In this document: positions 49,639 through 50,416 of the stretch, in pieces | Layout: the number at the start of each line of letters is the position of its first letter | Position numbering within the stretch: position 1 is the first letter of the stretch | Assembly: GCA_001938485.1 (NCBI GenBank) | Contig: MQRK01236397.1 | Coordinates: 1-50,416 of the forward strand | Direction: 5' to 3' | Length of the DNA: 50,416 bases | Source: Girardia tigrina | Taxonomy: Eukaryota | The notes under the pieces: model-generated | The model's input: the letters and a program-made list of their open reading frames with translations, nothing else | What the model was told of the DNA's origin: nothing | Database searches by the model: none | Position numbers and translations under genes: made by a program

Positions 49639-49680
<42 letters not shown>
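49040..49680. repeat. (AAT)n-rich low-complexity region ending in a (TA)n tract
   Basis: Visible directly in the sequence. Confidence 0.9.
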
Positions 49681-49685
<5 letters not shown>

Positions 49686-50173
49686 GAGGCGGTGATTTCC
49701 TTCGAGGAAAAAGGTTCTATACATACTTAAACCATGATATGGTCAACTGTTTATCATCACTGTTTAATATTTCATCTTAAGATCATTTGGTTCTTTAAAA
49801 TCATTCATAGCATGTGAATTTACTAATGTTTGCACTATGTTTATTTATATTAAAAATTTCATTTCAGCATTCCTTGGAAACAGTACGTTAACATGGTTTA
49901 CTCATCGATGTTTATTGATGCTTAACATAAGATATAATCCCAATCATGGTTTTCGAAAGTTTTAAAAATATTTTCACATTTCTTTACACCTGATCTTCTT
50001 AACCGTATATGAATCTTATTGCATCTTTTGTTAACTGTTTGTAAAAAAAATAAGCAACTCTCAGGTTGTAATCACTTGGAAATGGACTATAAAATATTTA
50101 AAAAAAAATAAATAAAAAATTTAATTAATCTAAACAATCAACACTAAATAAAAAAAATTTTTTATTAAATGAT

Positions 50174-50411
50174 TGTTGGGTTTTAAAATTATTTAAAATT
50201 ATCTTTAACTTCAATTATTCACTTTTTAAGACACAAATCTAAAATCTTTATCTTTAATCGTAAATCTCTTTTCTTAATTCTTTAATCAATAATCTTTAAT
50301 CAATAATTCTCAATCAATAATCTTTTATCAATAATTCTCAATCAATAATCTTTAATCAATAATCTTTTATTTTTTGATCTGACTCCAATTATTCAGAAAG
50401 GTCTTCCAACA
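50174..50411. repeat. LTR-like repeat (TGTTGG...CCAACA), copy 2
   Basis: Direct repeat of 47416-47601 with extra ATCAATAATC units. Confidence 0.75.
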
Positions 50412-50416
50412 TAAAT

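Noticed and set aside
47846-49724. I/N/Y/F-rich ORFs
   Set aside because: Products of AT-rich low-complexity and microsatellite sequence.

Overview
AT-rich eukaryotic genomic DNA with ~45-60 bp mini-introns, most consistent with a planarian (Dugesiidae) draft assembly; the organism is inferred. Two host genes can be reconstructed by hand, both on the minus strand. One is a 5-exon PIWI-clade Argonaute (SMEDWI-3/PiwiC-like, ~971 aa, intact DEDH tetrad; 1994-6072). The other is a 23-exon EMC1 (~1068 aa; 16727-41413). The rest is largely transposon debris: gypsy gag/RT/RNase H/integrase-tail fragments, a NeSL/Utopia-like RLE LINE, MULE, pogo, two mariners, several MITEs, a Polinton/Maverick pPolB remnant, and a PSMG2-like copy nested antisense in an EMC1 intron. 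The most unusual feature lies between the two genes. It is an LTR-retroelement composite carrying a near-full-length chuvirus-like (class III) envelope glycoprotein. Upstream of it is an LTR end whose primer-binding site matches the anticodon arm of initiator tRNA-Met (tRNA-half priming) and sits in the loop of a 21-bp hairpin. All family assignments come from motif recognition only; no searches were run.
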